DNA of 64,000 nt from Myxococcota bacterium (GTDB taxonomy: Bacteria > Myxococcota > UBA4151), in the NCBI GenBank assembly GCA_036338695.1, contig JAYZBQ010000009.1, positions 52,529-116,528 of the forward strand, in the 5' to 3' direction. Positions 1 to 12,052 of the stretch are shown here, piece after piece. Every line of letters starts with the position of its first letter. The stretch's first letter is position 1. The notes beneath the pieces were generated by a model, which ran no database searches, was not told the origin of the DNA, and was given only the letters and a program-made list of their open reading frames with translations. A program made the translations under genes and the position numbers.

Positions 1-1
1 G

Positions 2-969
2 ACGCTCCACAGCTGCCCCCCCACCGAGCCGGTGGCGATCACGGCGACCTCAGCGACCGAACTGCGACTTGAGATGCGTCGCAACCTTCGCCCAGAGACG
101 GTCAGCGCCGACGATTTCATGATCTCGATCGATCGCGTTGCGCCGCAGCTCGCCGTTCAGGCTGCTGCGGTCACCAACGGTCGCTTCATCACGTTGACGA
201 CCGCCCCGCAGGTGTTGGGTCAACGTTACGAGATCCGGCGCGTCGGCGACGTGCTCGATTTGGCGGGTCAAAATATCGCGCTCAGCACGCAGCCCATCGA
301 GAGCTTCATCGGCTATCGCCCCCCTGCGCGCATGCTCATCAACGAGCTCAACGCAAACGCAAGCAGCGGCTGTGACTTGATCGAGTTTCGCGTCACCCAA
401 GGCGGGTTGCTGCGGCACGTCGTCAAAGAGCGCACGGCCGTGGTGTACGCCTTTCCTGAGGTCGTGGTCGCAACCGATGACATCGTCGTGCTCCACTTCA
501 ACCGCGGCAACGCCAACTGCGTCCAGAGCAACCCGGCCGGTCAGACACCGGGCTATGAGGCGGAGTCCACCTCGCAGTTTGCGCAGGCACAGATCGCAGC
601 GAACTATGACACCGCATGGGATCATTGGACCACCGACTCGGGGCTTACGGCGACCGACAACGTCATCTCGCTCCTGCTCGATGACACGATCGTCGATGCG
701 GTCCTCGTAAGCGATGCGCCTACAGGGAACGCCGCAGCGGCTTCCGAGAGCGCCGCACGGACGGTGGCGGCGGCGAGCCAGTGGACGACCGAGGCGGGTC
801 AAGTACCCGAAGGTGGATTTGTCGACGGCGACTTCAACGCTCACGCCGCGCAAGACCTCAACGGCGCCGGCACACGCAACGGCACCAACAGCATCCGGCG
901 CACAGGTCAAACTGACCGCAACCACAAAGGCGACTGGAGCTTTGGCGCCAGCTCGTTCGGGCGCGCCAA

Positions 970-973
<4 letters not shown>
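2..973 (+). CDS. 5'-partial secreted protein with Ig-like and lamin-tail-like (LTD) domain
   Basis: Frame is open from the window edge. 'MLINELNA...CDLIEFRV...DDIVVLHF' resembles lamin-tail domains and follows a beta-rich Ig-like stretch. Confidence 0.55.
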
Positions 974-3030
<2,057 letters not shown>

Positions 3031-3094
3031 CATTACTCCAAACGTGACGATGGTTGGGATGCCCAATTCGTCGCAATTCGGCTAGAGGCTAAGC

Positions 3095-6000
3095 ATGCGC
3101 TGGACAACGGTCTTCCTCATCAGCTTATTTCTGCCGACTCAGGCGATGGCGCTGACCATGGACAGCGCGCCCGGCTTTGTCCTGAGCCGAGTCAACGCGC
3201 TGATCAAGGGCACGGTACGCAGCGGCTCGATCTCGTATTCGGGTGCTGATGGCTTAGTGCTCCGGCAAGCCGAACTCCTCGACCCGCGCGGTCGGCTGGT
3301 GCTCTCTGCGCAGCGAATTCAAGTCCGCGTCGGGCTGCTCGACCTGCTCAAGTCAACGGTCGTCATCCAAGAAGTGAGCGTCAAGGGCCTGCACGCCAAA
3401 GCCAGCGAAGGCGCAACCGGTCAGCTCAACCTGCTCGAGGCCGTCGCGCTCAACCAACCGAGCACGAGCGATGCGTCGAGCGGCGGCGGCCTTCGCATCA
3501 AGAAGTTGAGGCTGAGCAGCAGCTCCGTGGGGCTCGACCTGCAGGCGATGAACCTGCGCATCGAGGACATCAACCTGAGCGGCAGCTTAGAGGCTTCCAA
3601 CTCATTCAACGCGGACCTGCAGCTCTCGACGGGGCGCACGCGCATCAAACAGCCCGGGCGCGGCGCCGCCACGGTGGATCTGTCCTTACCGGGTCTGCGC
3701 ATCAAGCAGCTCGGCGTCGGCACGCACACACTGCGGATCAGCGGCGCAAAAATCCGAATCGACCGTCAACACGTGCTCAGCTTGGGCGGCTTACTGCGCC
3801 CTTCAGCGGGGCGTATCGACCTGAAACTCGGCGGCAAAATTCCCGACGGCTGGCTCCAGAGCATCTTGCCCGTCCACGGCAAAAGCGTCCCCGAGATGAC
3901 GCAGGTCGCCTTGGACGTGCACCTCGGAGGTAAACTCAGCAGCCCACAGATCGGGGTGTCGATCAACGCGCAGCGCTTGGTTTTACCGGGCGCAGCGCCC
4001 ACCGTTCGTAACGTTCAGTTCGCCGGACTGCTCAGGGGCAGCGACCTGTCGGTGAGGTCCTTGAACGGCGACGCCTACGGCGGCAAGCTGCGCCTTCAAG
4101 GCGACCTGAAACTGAGCAGCCCGAGCTCGCTTAACGGCGAGCTGCGCTTGATCGACTGCAACCTCAGCGACGTGCACCCGTCGCTGGAGAGCTATGGTGG
4201 TCGCTTCACTGGGCGTGCGCTGATCTCAGGTACGCTCGCGCTCAACGATGCGCAGCCCCTCTCGATCCGTCTGCGGGGGCGGCTCAAGGGCACGCAGGTC
4301 CCGTCAATCGGCCGCCGAACCGCCGATCTCGACCTCCTGATCTTGCAAGGCGAATCGACCCGCATCATGCCCAGCCAAGTGCTGATCGACGACAACACGC
4401 TGAGCTTTCAAGGGCTCGTTTCTCCTAAGGTTGACCTGAGCTTTCGTGCTCAGCTGACACGCGCTCGTCGGCTCCTAAAATCCTTTGGCGCAGACCGCAT
4501 CCCACGGAGCCTGACGGCGAGCGGCCGGTTGCGGCTGGAGCCGCGCCTACGGCTCGACTTCCGGCTCAAAGCCCTCCCCTACACCTTCGCCGGTCAGGCG
4601 ATCGGAGCGATCCAAGCGTCGGGTCACCTCGGCCCCACAGCGCTGCACCTCAAGTCGCTCAACACCGAGCTCAACAGCGCGCCGCTTTCCGCTAAGATAC
4701 GGCTCCCGTTTAGCAACCCAAAGAAGCCGATCGGCCGGCTGACCCTCGATGAGTACGAGCTACCGGGACAAGCCGGTACGGCGAGCCTTGAGCTCGCGTC
4801 AGACCCCGAGGGCAACTGGCAAGGCAACCTGATGATCGGCGCGCTCAAAGCGGGGCAGCTTGCGCTCGGTGACCTCGAGGTTTTGCTCGCGTACGACGGT
4901 CAGCGGGCCGAGCTGCGCGCGCTGGATTGGGACGAGGGCCCTGGCATCCTCTCGGGTGCTATCGGAGTCCATCTTGAGACCCTCAAAACCGACGGTCACT
5001 TCGACCTGTTTATCGATCAAACCGGCCTTGAGCTCCTCGCCGGGTCGCAGTTCAAGGGGCGTGCGCAGGTGCGGATCGAGCCGAAGGGCAAGCTCAGCGA
5101 GCCGGCGGCGCGGATCGTCACCTCCTTTAGCGGGCTCAGCATCCAGGGGATTCCGATTCGAGACGGTCAGCTCACGCTGGCCGGAACGCCCGACTCGCTC
5201 GGCGGCGTCCTCACGACGCAGGGCAACGGGACAGGGCGAGGCTCCGTGCGGCTCACCGAGCGCTTTGAGCGCCTCGACGTCAACTTCAAGCTCACCGCGT
5301 TTCGCCTCGAGTCGCTGCCGATCGACCTACCGGGGCTTGAAGCGCTCGCTGACATCGACCTGCGCCTGAGCGGACCGCTCGGTCAACCCGAGGGCGAGAT
5401 CCAGATTGGGATACGCGACGTCGCAGTCGATGATCGGCTCGTGGGCAGCGGGCGAGGGCGTATCACGACGCAGATTGAGCGCGGCGCCGTGACCACAGAC
5501 CTCGACCTGCTCGGCTGGATCACGGGGACCGTCTCCACGGGGTACCCTGCGCTCGATCCGATCGAAGCCAAGCTCGCCATCGAAGCGGACGGTCTGCAAT
5601 GGGTGATCCCGGGGCTCGCCGGCGGCGGGACCGAGATCGACCTGAGCGCTCGCGCCCTGCTCGGCTTGCGACAAGGTGAGCCCGAAGCGAGCGTGGTGAT
5701 CCAGCGAGTACGTATCGGCAATCCCGGGCTCTGGGAGGAAGAGCTCGAGAACGACGGTGACCTGGTGATGGGGTTTTCGGGCGGTCGCGCGCGGTGCGAG
5801 CGCCTGCTCCTAAAGATGGGTAAGGGCACCGCGGAGCTGCGCGGGTGGATCGAGACGGACTCGCCGCGCGCACGCGCCAACCTTCACTTTAACAGCAGCC
5901 TCCCGATCGAGCTGCTGCAGCTGCTCGACCCCCGCTTCTCGCTGACACGCGGACGCGTCCGAGCGACGGGCAGTATGCGAGGCTACTGGCGCGACAACCC

Positions 6001-7303
6001 GCGGCTCATCGCCGAGATCGAGCCCGACCCCGGCACGACCTTTGTCCACTCGCTCTACCCGCGTCAGGTCACCCTCGCTGGCGGGCTGATCCGTCTTGAG
6101 GATCAGCTGGTCCTGGTCGAAGACCTCCGCATTGAGAGCGGAAGCGGCGAGATCCAACTCGGGGGCTCGGTCGGGCTCGAAGCCTTCCAGCCCGCCGCGC
6201 TCGATCTGCGGCTCGGGGTCACCAACCTGCTCCTGCGCCAGGAGGATCAATACGTCGAATTCTCCTCGGATCTCGAAGCGACGGGCCCCATCGACAGTGC
6301 CCGGATCCAAGGTCAACTCTCGATCCTCGGAGGGAAGATCGAGCAAGAGCTGAACATCACTAACTTTGTGTTCTCGACCCACCAAGAGGGCGCCGGTCCG
6401 TCGCTCGCAGAGCGCTTAGGGCGCTTCGCCTCGACCGAGCTCGACATCGAAGTCACGAGCGCCGCGGGGCTACAAATCAACGCAGGGCTCCCGCTCTTTC
6501 AGATCCAGGTCCGCCCGACCCTCGACCTACGCCTCGTCGGTCAACTGGCTGAGATCGGCGTCCAGGGCGTCGTCGAGGTCGAAGAAGGCAACGGCGAGAT
6601 CATCTTCCCCGAGGCGGCGTTCGTGATCGACAACGCCACGGTGGACCTCAGCCAAGATCCGTACTTCGTGAGCCTCAATTCGATCTGGGAGTACGTGCCT
6701 CGCCGGCAACAAAATAACGAACAAGATGATGTCATCACGCTCCAGCTCGGGATCAACGGGCCGATTGATCGAATGGAGCTCCAGCTCGAGGCGCCCGACT
6801 ACCCCGACCTCACGCGCCCTCAGCTCCTTGGTATGCTGGCGCGCGGGCAAACGCCCGATCTCCTGATCGGTCAAAACCTTGCGGATGATGGCGGCGACGG
6901 CAGCTACAGCGACGTCGCCTTGCGCCTGCTGACCGGGCAGATGTTTAAGCGCTTTGAGCGCGAGCTCGAGCGCGTCTTTAAAGAGACCTTCTCCCTGCCC
7001 CTAGACGCCGCCATCGACCTGGGCGTGGACACCTTACGAATGCAGGGCATCGTCAACCTCACCGACCGTTTTGAGGTCGCTGGCGAGACCGAGATCTTTC
7101 TCGGGAGCGAGGACAGCGACGCGGTCGATGACAGCCAGAGCGCGACCTCGACCAGCAACGACCGGCAGAGCTTACGCGGCACCTTTGTGCTCTCGGACGC
7201 TTGGCGCGCCGAGGCGGACCTGCGCAGTGGTTACCGCAGTGATGAGAGCGGGTCGATGCTCGAGCTCTTGCTCAATCTCCACTGGAGGTTGTGGGCGCGA
7301 TGA
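3095..7303 (+). CDS. tamB: TamB/AsmA-like translocation and assembly module protein
   Basis: 1402 aa with N-terminal signal/anchor and long alternating beta-strand pattern. TamB-like C-terminus. ATGA overlap with an Omp85 gene. Confidence 0.75.
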   Translation: MRWTTVFLISLFLPTQAMALTMDSAPGFVLSRVNALIKGTVRSGSISYSGADGLVLRQAELLDPRGRLVLSAQRIQVRVGLLDLLKSTVVIQEVSVKGLHAKASEGATGQLNLLEAVALNQPSTSDASSGGGLRIKKLRLSSSSVGLDLQAMNLRIEDINLSGSLEASNSFNADLQLSTGRTRIKQPGRGAATVDLSLPGLRIKQLGVGTHTLRISGAKIRIDRQHVLSLGGLLRPSAGRIDLKLGGKIPDGWLQSILPVHGKSVPEMTQVALDVHLGGKLSSPQIGVSINAQRLVLPGAAPTVRNVQFAGLLRGSDLSVRSLNGDAYGGKLRLQGDLKLSSPSSLNGELRLIDCNLSDVHPSLESYGGRFTGRALISGTLALNDAQPLSIRLRGRLKGTQVPSIGRRTADLDLLILQGESTRIMPSQVLIDDNTLSFQGLVSPKVDLSFRAQLTRARRLLKSFGADRIPRSLTASGRLRLEPRLRLDFRLKALPYTFAGQAIGAIQASGHLGPTALHLKSLNTELNSAPLSAKIRLPFSNPKKPIGRLTLDEYELPGQAGTASLELASDPEGNWQGNLMIGALKAGQLALGDLEVLLAYDGQRAELRALDWDEGPGILSGAIGVHLETLKTDGHFDLFIDQTGLELLAGSQFKGRAQVRIEPKGKLSEPAARIVTSFSGLSIQGIPIRDGQLTLAGTPDSLGGVLTTQGNGTGRGSVRLTERFERLDVNFKLTAFRLESLPIDLPGLEALADIDLRLSGPLGQPEGEIQIGIRDVAVDDRLVGSGRGRITTQIERGAVTTDLDLLGWITGTVSTGYPALDPIEAKLAIEADGLQWVIPGLAGGGTEIDLSARALLGLRQGEPEASVVIQRVRIGNPGLWEEELENDGDLVMGFSGGRARCERLLLKMGKGTAELRGWIETDSPRARANLHFNSSLPIELLQLLDPRFSLTRGRVRATGSMRGYWRDNPRLIAEIEPDPGTTFVHSLYPRQVTLAGGLIRLEDQLVLVEDLRIESGSGEIQLGGSVGLEAFQPAALDLRLGVTNLLLRQEDQYVEFSSDLEATGPIDSARIQGQLSILGGKIEQELNITNFVFSTHQEGAGPSLAERLGRFASTELDIEVTSAAGLQINAGLPLFQIQVRPTLDLRLVGQLAEIGVQGVVEVEEGNGEIIFPEAAFVIDNATVDLSQDPYFVSLNSIWEYVPRRQQNNEQDDVITLQLGINGPIDRMELQLEAPDYPDLTRPQLLGMLARGQTPDLLIGQNLADDGGDGSYSDVALRLLTGQMFKRFERELERVFKETFSLPLDAAIDLGVDTLRMQGIVNLTDRFEVAGETEIFLGSEDSDAVDDSQSATSTSNDRQSLRGTFVLSDAWRAEADLRSGYRSDESGSMLELLLNLHWRLWAR

Positions 7304-10300
7304 TCGCTTGGTCTATCCTCTGGCTCGCTGCGCCGACGCTCGAGCTCATCTTTGAGCCCGAGCTGCCAGCCCCTCAAGCGGCGGCGGTGCGACGATACGT
7401 CCAGAGCGCCGGGCTGGATGGGCAAGCGACTCAAGTGATCGCGCGCCTCAAGGACTACATCGAAAAACTCGACCGCTTCACAGCGCCTCAATGCACGGTG
7501 AACAAAGGGGTCTACCGCTGCCTCATGAGCGAGAGCCCTCGCATTGCGGACTTGTTGATCACGGGCGACATCCCCTTTGGAATTCTCCGCAGCGACCTTG
7601 AGCGCCGCTCGAGCCTGCGCTCGGGTCGTCGGCTTCCCGCCGACGAGTTTGGACGCGCCGAGCAGCCTTATGCGGAGCTGTTCCAAAAAATTAGTCGGCG
7701 CTTGGCGCGCTTTATCGACGAGCGCGGCTACCACGGCACTGCGGTGAGCGTCTCAAAGGAGCCACACCCGCGTGGCGCCGGCTGGTGTCAGATCCGCCTG
7801 CACGTCAAGCTCGGCACCCGGCTACGCTGGGGAGTACTCGAGATCGCTGGCGTCCCGCGCGACGAGGCTATGGCGATGCAACAGCGCCTCCGAGGCATCG
7901 GCGGTGATTTTCGCGCCGACATCCTGCGCGAGCGGATCGCCAAGGAGGAGGAGAACCTCCGTCAAAGCGGCTACGTCGAGGCGAGCGTTGACCTGCAGAT
8001 CGAACGAGACGGTGGCGTCGTCAACGGGCGCCTCCATGTCAGCCGCGGTCTTCGCCTCCAGGTCCAGTTTCAAGGGGAGCTCAAGCTCGACATCAAGCGG
8101 CTGCGCGAAGCGCTCACCTTTGCGTCCTCACGAGCGGTCAACGATGATCAAATCGCTCAGAGCATCCAGGCGCTCAAAAACTTGTATCAAGCGCGCGGGT
8201 ACTTCCGACCCACGATCCGCGCCGAGGACCCTCAACTCGCCGCGATCGACGCCCAAGAGAAAGCGCTCAAACGTAAGATCGTGCGGGTCCGCAGGACCTA
8301 CCGAGGCAAAGTCAAAGAGCGGCGGCGAGAGCTCGCGAAAATTGCCAGTAAGCGCCAAGAATTGCGGCTGATCCGGCGACAGATTGCGGCGCAATCGCGC
8401 GAGTTTCGGCGCCTCGTCTTTCACATCAAGGCCGGTCAGATCGGGCGCTGCGAATCCGTCCACGTGGCCGGGATCCCCAAGCCCCTTGAGCGTGCGCTTT
8501 TGAGCGAGGCGATCTTGGGCACCAAACCCCCCGAACTCGGCCGTCACGACGGTCGGCTCGTCGACAGCGTGCTCCAAGAGGACGAGGCGCGCATCGCCGG
8601 GTTCCTCGAGAACAGGGGCTGGCTGGTCAGCCACGTCGAGGCGCAGCTACTGGTTCAGCCCTCATCGCAGGTGCGGGTGCACTTCGTGGTCCGCGCCAGC
8701 CCGCCGACCTACATCCGCTCCATCTCGCTTGTCGGCGTCTCGGATGGGGAACAAGACGACTGGGATGACGAAGACGATGAGGCGGACGACGCCGCGCCGG
8801 GCGAAGACCTCTACAGCCCGCTGCTCGAGGCTTTGCAGATCCAAGCGGGCTCACCGCTCCTCGAGAACACCGCCGAACTCCTTCGTGATCGGACGCTCAA
8901 ATTTTACCGCCGGCGCGGCTACCCAGGGACCGAAGTGGACGTCCAGATGGGGCTTACGGGCGACGGAGCTCAATTTCGCCTCATCGTCCAAGAAGGCAAG
9001 CGAGTGGTCTACGGCGGCTTGATCCTGAGCGGCTGCCACCGCACGCAGCGCGCGCTCGTCCTCGCAGCTTTTCGTGAGGCTAAGGTCGGCGAGCCCTTTA
9101 ACCCACAAGTCTTCGCCAAAGCGGCTGCGATCGTGCGAAGCTGGCGCGTGTTTCGGCGGGTCCGCTTACGCTACCTAGGGCTCGCAGAGCAACGCAACGA
9201 GGTCTTTGTCGACGTGAGCGTCGATGAAGGGGTCAGCCAGACCCTCGATCTGACCTTCGGTTACTCGATCGAGGACCATTTTCAGACGACCTTATCGTGG
9301 CGTGACCGCAACCTGCTCGGGCGGGCATGGCACCTCGAGACCCGTGGTATTTTCGGGCTCTTTATCGGACGCCGCTCGGAGCTACGCGGCGCGCTCAAAC
9401 TGCCCCGGCTCCTCGGACCGAACACCGATTTAAGCCTTGAACCGAAGGTGTACTACCGTGAACCCAACCGCCCCTTCCCACGCCTAGGGCGGGTCTCGTT
9501 CACGCTGGATGAAGATCAAGATCTTATCCTCAAGGGTGTGGTCAAAGTCGCCCATCGCTTTAGCCGATTCTCGACGCTCATCGCCAACTACACCTACGCG
9601 CTCGATCGCGACATCAACCAAGGCATCTTGTCGGCGGTACGCACCGGCGCCACCTCGCTCGAGGGCAACTGGCTGCGGGTCGATAACCCCTTTAATCCCA
9701 AGCGCGGCGTCCACCTCAAAGGGACGCTCAAGTACGCCTCGCCATGGCTGGCAGGTGACGCCAATTTTGTCTCGGCGGTGGGCCACGGCACACTGTACCT
9801 CCCCGTGGGGCGAAACACGCTCGCGGCGAACCTGCGCGGCGGCTCGCTGCTCGAGCTCGAGGGCTCGCGCGCCATCGCCGGCTCGGACCTCTTTCGGCTC
9901 GGGGGCGAGCGCACCATACGCGGGTTTGCGCTGGATTCGATCCGACTCTTTCGGGACGAAGACATCGACCTCTCGTCCGGTCGCGACGGGCACGGGACGC
10001 GCTTTGTCTCATCCTCCGTCGAGCTGCGCATTCCCTTGGGCGCGCAGCGCGCCGACAGCGGCTTTGGTATGACCGTCTTCTCGGACCTCGGCCTCATCGC
10101 CGCGGACGACTTCGGCGAACCCTTCAGCGCCAGCATGGGCTGGAGTAACGGCGTCGCCGCCAATTACGTCCTCCCGATCGGTCCCGTTGGCCTCGTGATC
10201 GCTCACCAAACGATCCGGCCAAGACAACCCAGCGGTGTGGGTCGCCCGAATCGCTCCGAATACCAGATGGTGCCCGTCCTACCGGGACGAATCGGCTACC

Positions 10301-10326
10301 ACATCTCCATGGGCTATATCTTCTGA
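7300..10326 (+). CDS. Omp85-family (BamA/TamA-like) outer membrane protein with multiple POTRA domains
   Basis: Repeated POTRA-type 'Y..RGY' motifs, 'DRNLLG', 'DNPFNPKRG', 'LGGERTIRGF' lid loop, C-terminal beta-signal ending in Phe. Confidence 0.9.
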   Translation: MIAWSILWLAAPTLELIFEPELPAPQAAAVRRYVQSAGLDGQATQVIARLKDYIEKLDRFTAPQCTVNKGVYRCLMSESPRIADLLITGDIPFGILRSDLERRSSLRSGRRLPADEFGRAEQPYAELFQKISRRLARFIDERGYHGTAVSVSKEPHPRGAGWCQIRLHVKLGTRLRWGVLEIAGVPRDEAMAMQQRLRGIGGDFRADILRERIAKEEENLRQSGYVEASVDLQIERDGGVVNGRLHVSRGLRLQVQFQGELKLDIKRLREALTFASSRAVNDDQIAQSIQALKNLYQARGYFRPTIRAEDPQLAAIDAQEKALKRKIVRVRRTYRGKVKERRRELAKIASKRQELRLIRRQIAAQSREFRRLVFHIKAGQIGRCESVHVAGIPKPLERALLSEAILGTKPPELGRHDGRLVDSVLQEDEARIAGFLENRGWLVSHVEAQLLVQPSSQVRVHFVVRASPPTYIRSISLVGVSDGEQDDWDDEDDEADDAAPGEDLYSPLLEALQIQAGSPLLENTAELLRDRTLKFYRRRGYPGTEVDVQMGLTGDGAQFRLIVQEGKRVVYGGLILSGCHRTQRALVLAAFREAKVGEPFNPQVFAKAAAIVRSWRVFRRVRLRYLGLAEQRNEVFVDVSVDEGVSQTLDLTFGYSIEDHFQTTLSWRDRNLLGRAWHLETRGIFGLFIGRRSELRGALKLPRLLGPNTDLSLEPKVYYREPNRPFPRLGRVSFTLDEDQDLILKGVVKVAHRFSRFSTLIANYTYALDRDINQGILSAVRTGATSLEGNWLRVDNPFNPKRGVHLKGTLKYASPWLAGDANFVSAVGHGTLYLPVGRNTLAANLRGGSLLELEGSRAIAGSDLFRLGGERTIRGFALDSIRLFRDEDIDLSSGRDGHGTRFVSSSVELRIPLGAQRADSGFGMTVFSDLGLIAADDFGEPFSASMGWSNGVAANYVLPIGPVGLVIAHQTIRPRQPSGVGRPNRSEYQMVPVLPGRIGYHISMGYIF

Positions 10327-11168
10327 TGACCTCATCGCACGACCCAGGCTCTCAACGGCTCGGGCTCAGTTTTGATCAGATCGGGGTCTTGGATCTACCG
10401 GGCGTCCGACGCTACACACCGGCGGCGCTCGACCTACCCCCGTGTGACCACCTCGAGCCCGAGGTGCTCGCCGTCGCTCGACGAGGGTGGGAGGATCGGC
10501 TCCGCTCCGAGTACGTTGGCGTGATGGTGATGCGCAAGTTTCACGGCTTGCTCGTCGACCTCAACGCGCCCATGGACCTTCAAGAAGTCGCGCTCATCCT
10601 CACCCTCCAAGAACAGTCGCACACGCGCCTGTGCGCCGACATCGCAGACCACCTGGGCAGCGACAACCACCTAGGCTTTGAGCTCGAGGAGCTGCAACAA
10701 GCGCGCAGCGGTGAGCCGCTCGATGAACAGCTGTGGTCCATGCTGCTCGGGACCTTCATTTGCGGCGAAGGGATCGCCTTTGAGCTGCTCAAATTTTGCC
10801 TCAAAAGGCTCCCCAAAACGCCCTACACCGAGGCGTTACGAGCGATCGCACGCGACGAGGTGCTGCACGCAACGCTCGGTCTCAAGCTGCTCGATAAGCT
10901 GCGCCGTCACCCCTCGGCGTGGATCGATTATCCCGGCGATGCCTGGGTGACGAAGCGGCTGCGCGCTCAGCTTACAGCGATGCGAGGTCGCGACGTCGTC
11001 GAACACGACGAAGCCCGCTTCTTTGAGGTCCCGAACGCAGCGACTGAACTCGAAGCCCTCGGGATCCCTGACAGTCGAGCGTTTGTTCGGTGCTACCACG
11101 AGGCGATCGATGACGCGATCCCAAGCCAGCTTGCGACGTTGGGCATCGACCTCAACCGAGGATCATGA
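10326..11168 (+). CDS. Ferritin-like diiron-carboxylate domain protein
   Basis: Ligand pattern E(SEY)...EQSH...E(GEG)...DEVLH. TGATG overlap with the Omp85 stop. Confidence 0.75.
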   Translation: MTSSHDPGSQRLGLSFDQIGVLDLPGVRRYTPAALDLPPCDHLEPEVLAVARRGWEDRLRSEYVGVMVMRKFHGLLVDLNAPMDLQEVALILTLQEQSHTRLCADIADHLGSDNHLGFELEELQQARSGEPLDEQLWSMLLGTFICGEGIAFELLKFCLKRLPKTPYTEALRAIARDEVLHATLGLKLLDKLRRHPSAWIDYPGDAWVTKRLRAQLTAMRGRDVVEHDEARFFEVPNAATELEALGIPDSRAFVRCYHEAIDDAIPSQLATLGIDLNRGS

Positions 11169-11869
11169 TAGGGTTCGACGCCCTCGCTACCTGGAGTGCC
11201 CCCGTGAAGAAACAACGCACGCTGATCATCGGAGGCGGTCTACTCTTTGGCAGCGGCTGCAGCGGCGAAGCACCCGAGCCGCCGGTCGTCACGCCGGACG
11301 CAGGCACAACCGCCGATTCAGGCGTGAGCGCCGATGCAGGGTTATCGCCCGCGGATACGGGCTCTATCGCAGACTCGGGTCCTTTACTGGACTCGGGCGT
11401 CGTGACGGCGGACAGCGGCACCCCGGATGCAGGGTCTGCACCACCCGACGCAGGCGCACCAGCAGCTCCGCCCAACAACGGCGACGCCTGCACCGACCGC
11501 GGCGACGCCTACTGCGCTGCAGGGCAAGTGAGCTTCTTTTGCACCGGCACGCACTGGCAAGCGACCGACAACTTCTCATGCGACGCCTGCGGTGAGGGCG
11601 TTGACTTTAATGGCTACACGACGGCGACCTGCGGCTTCGAACCCCAGGCGCGCTGCACGCGCATGGGTCAAGGGTTCTGCGACGAGAACCTACGCCCCGA
11701 GGCCGTCTGCCAAGGGAGCTGGGTCTCGCTGGAGAACGACGGGATGTGCAGCGACTGCGAGCTCGACGATCAAGGGTACCTGCGCACTGCCTGCGCTGTG
11801 CCCGGATTCATCGGGATCCATCGAGCGGGGCAACCGCGCCACCCTGGCCACAGCCTCAGACCGCGCTAG
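11165..11869 (+). CDS. Cys-rich lipoprotein with DAG/DSG low-complexity linker and two 6-Cys repeats
   Basis: Lipobox-like LLFGSGC, D-[AS]-G repeats, 12 Cys in two similar units. Alternative GTG start at 11204 has GGAG upstream. Confidence 0.7.
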   Translation: MIGFDALATWSAPVKKQRTLIIGGGLLFGSGCSGEAPEPPVVTPDAGTTADSGVSADAGLSPADTGSIADSGPLLDSGVVTADSGTPDAGSAPPDAGAPAAPPNNGDACTDRGDAYCAAGQVSFFCTGTHWQATDNFSCDACGEGVDFNGYTTATCGFEPQARCTRMGQGFCDENLRPEAVCQGSWVSLENDGMCSDCELDDQGYLRTACAVPGFIGIHRAGQPRHPGHSLRPR

Positions 11870-11957
11870 AGGCGGACTTCGATCAGTTTGAGCTTGCGCC
11901 GGCGAGGCGAGGAACGTAGCGGGACACGCCCGCTGCTTGGCGGGACTTTAATCTCCA

Positions 11958-12026
11958 CGCTCGAGGCTGGAGATCCTCCCTGGGTGATCCCGCCTTCGTG
12001 CGCGGATTGGGCGGGTCGCTCGAGCG
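11958..12026 (+). promoter_or_regulatory. Structured rpsB 5' leader (probable S2 autoregulatory element)
   Basis: CGCTCGAG (11958-65) pairs with CTCGAGCG (12019-26). Inner CCCGCC/GGCGGG stem and a GGGT at 11982-85, directly upstream of rpsB. Confidence 0.5.
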
Positions 12027-12052
12027 GTCGTTTGAACCCGAAAGGAAGCTCG

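Noticed and set aside
3031..3094. SOS/LexA box upstream of uvrB
   Set aside because: Only a weak imperfect inverted repeat. No LexA consensus that I can recognise.
11888..12052. N-terminal extensions in the ORF track for rpsB (also dxr from 16383, mutM to 32057, uvrD to 56431, msrAB to 59231)
   Set aside because: Longest-ORF artefacts. Conserved N-termini and RBS or overlap signals point to downstream starts, unlike etfA where the extension has TM+linker character.
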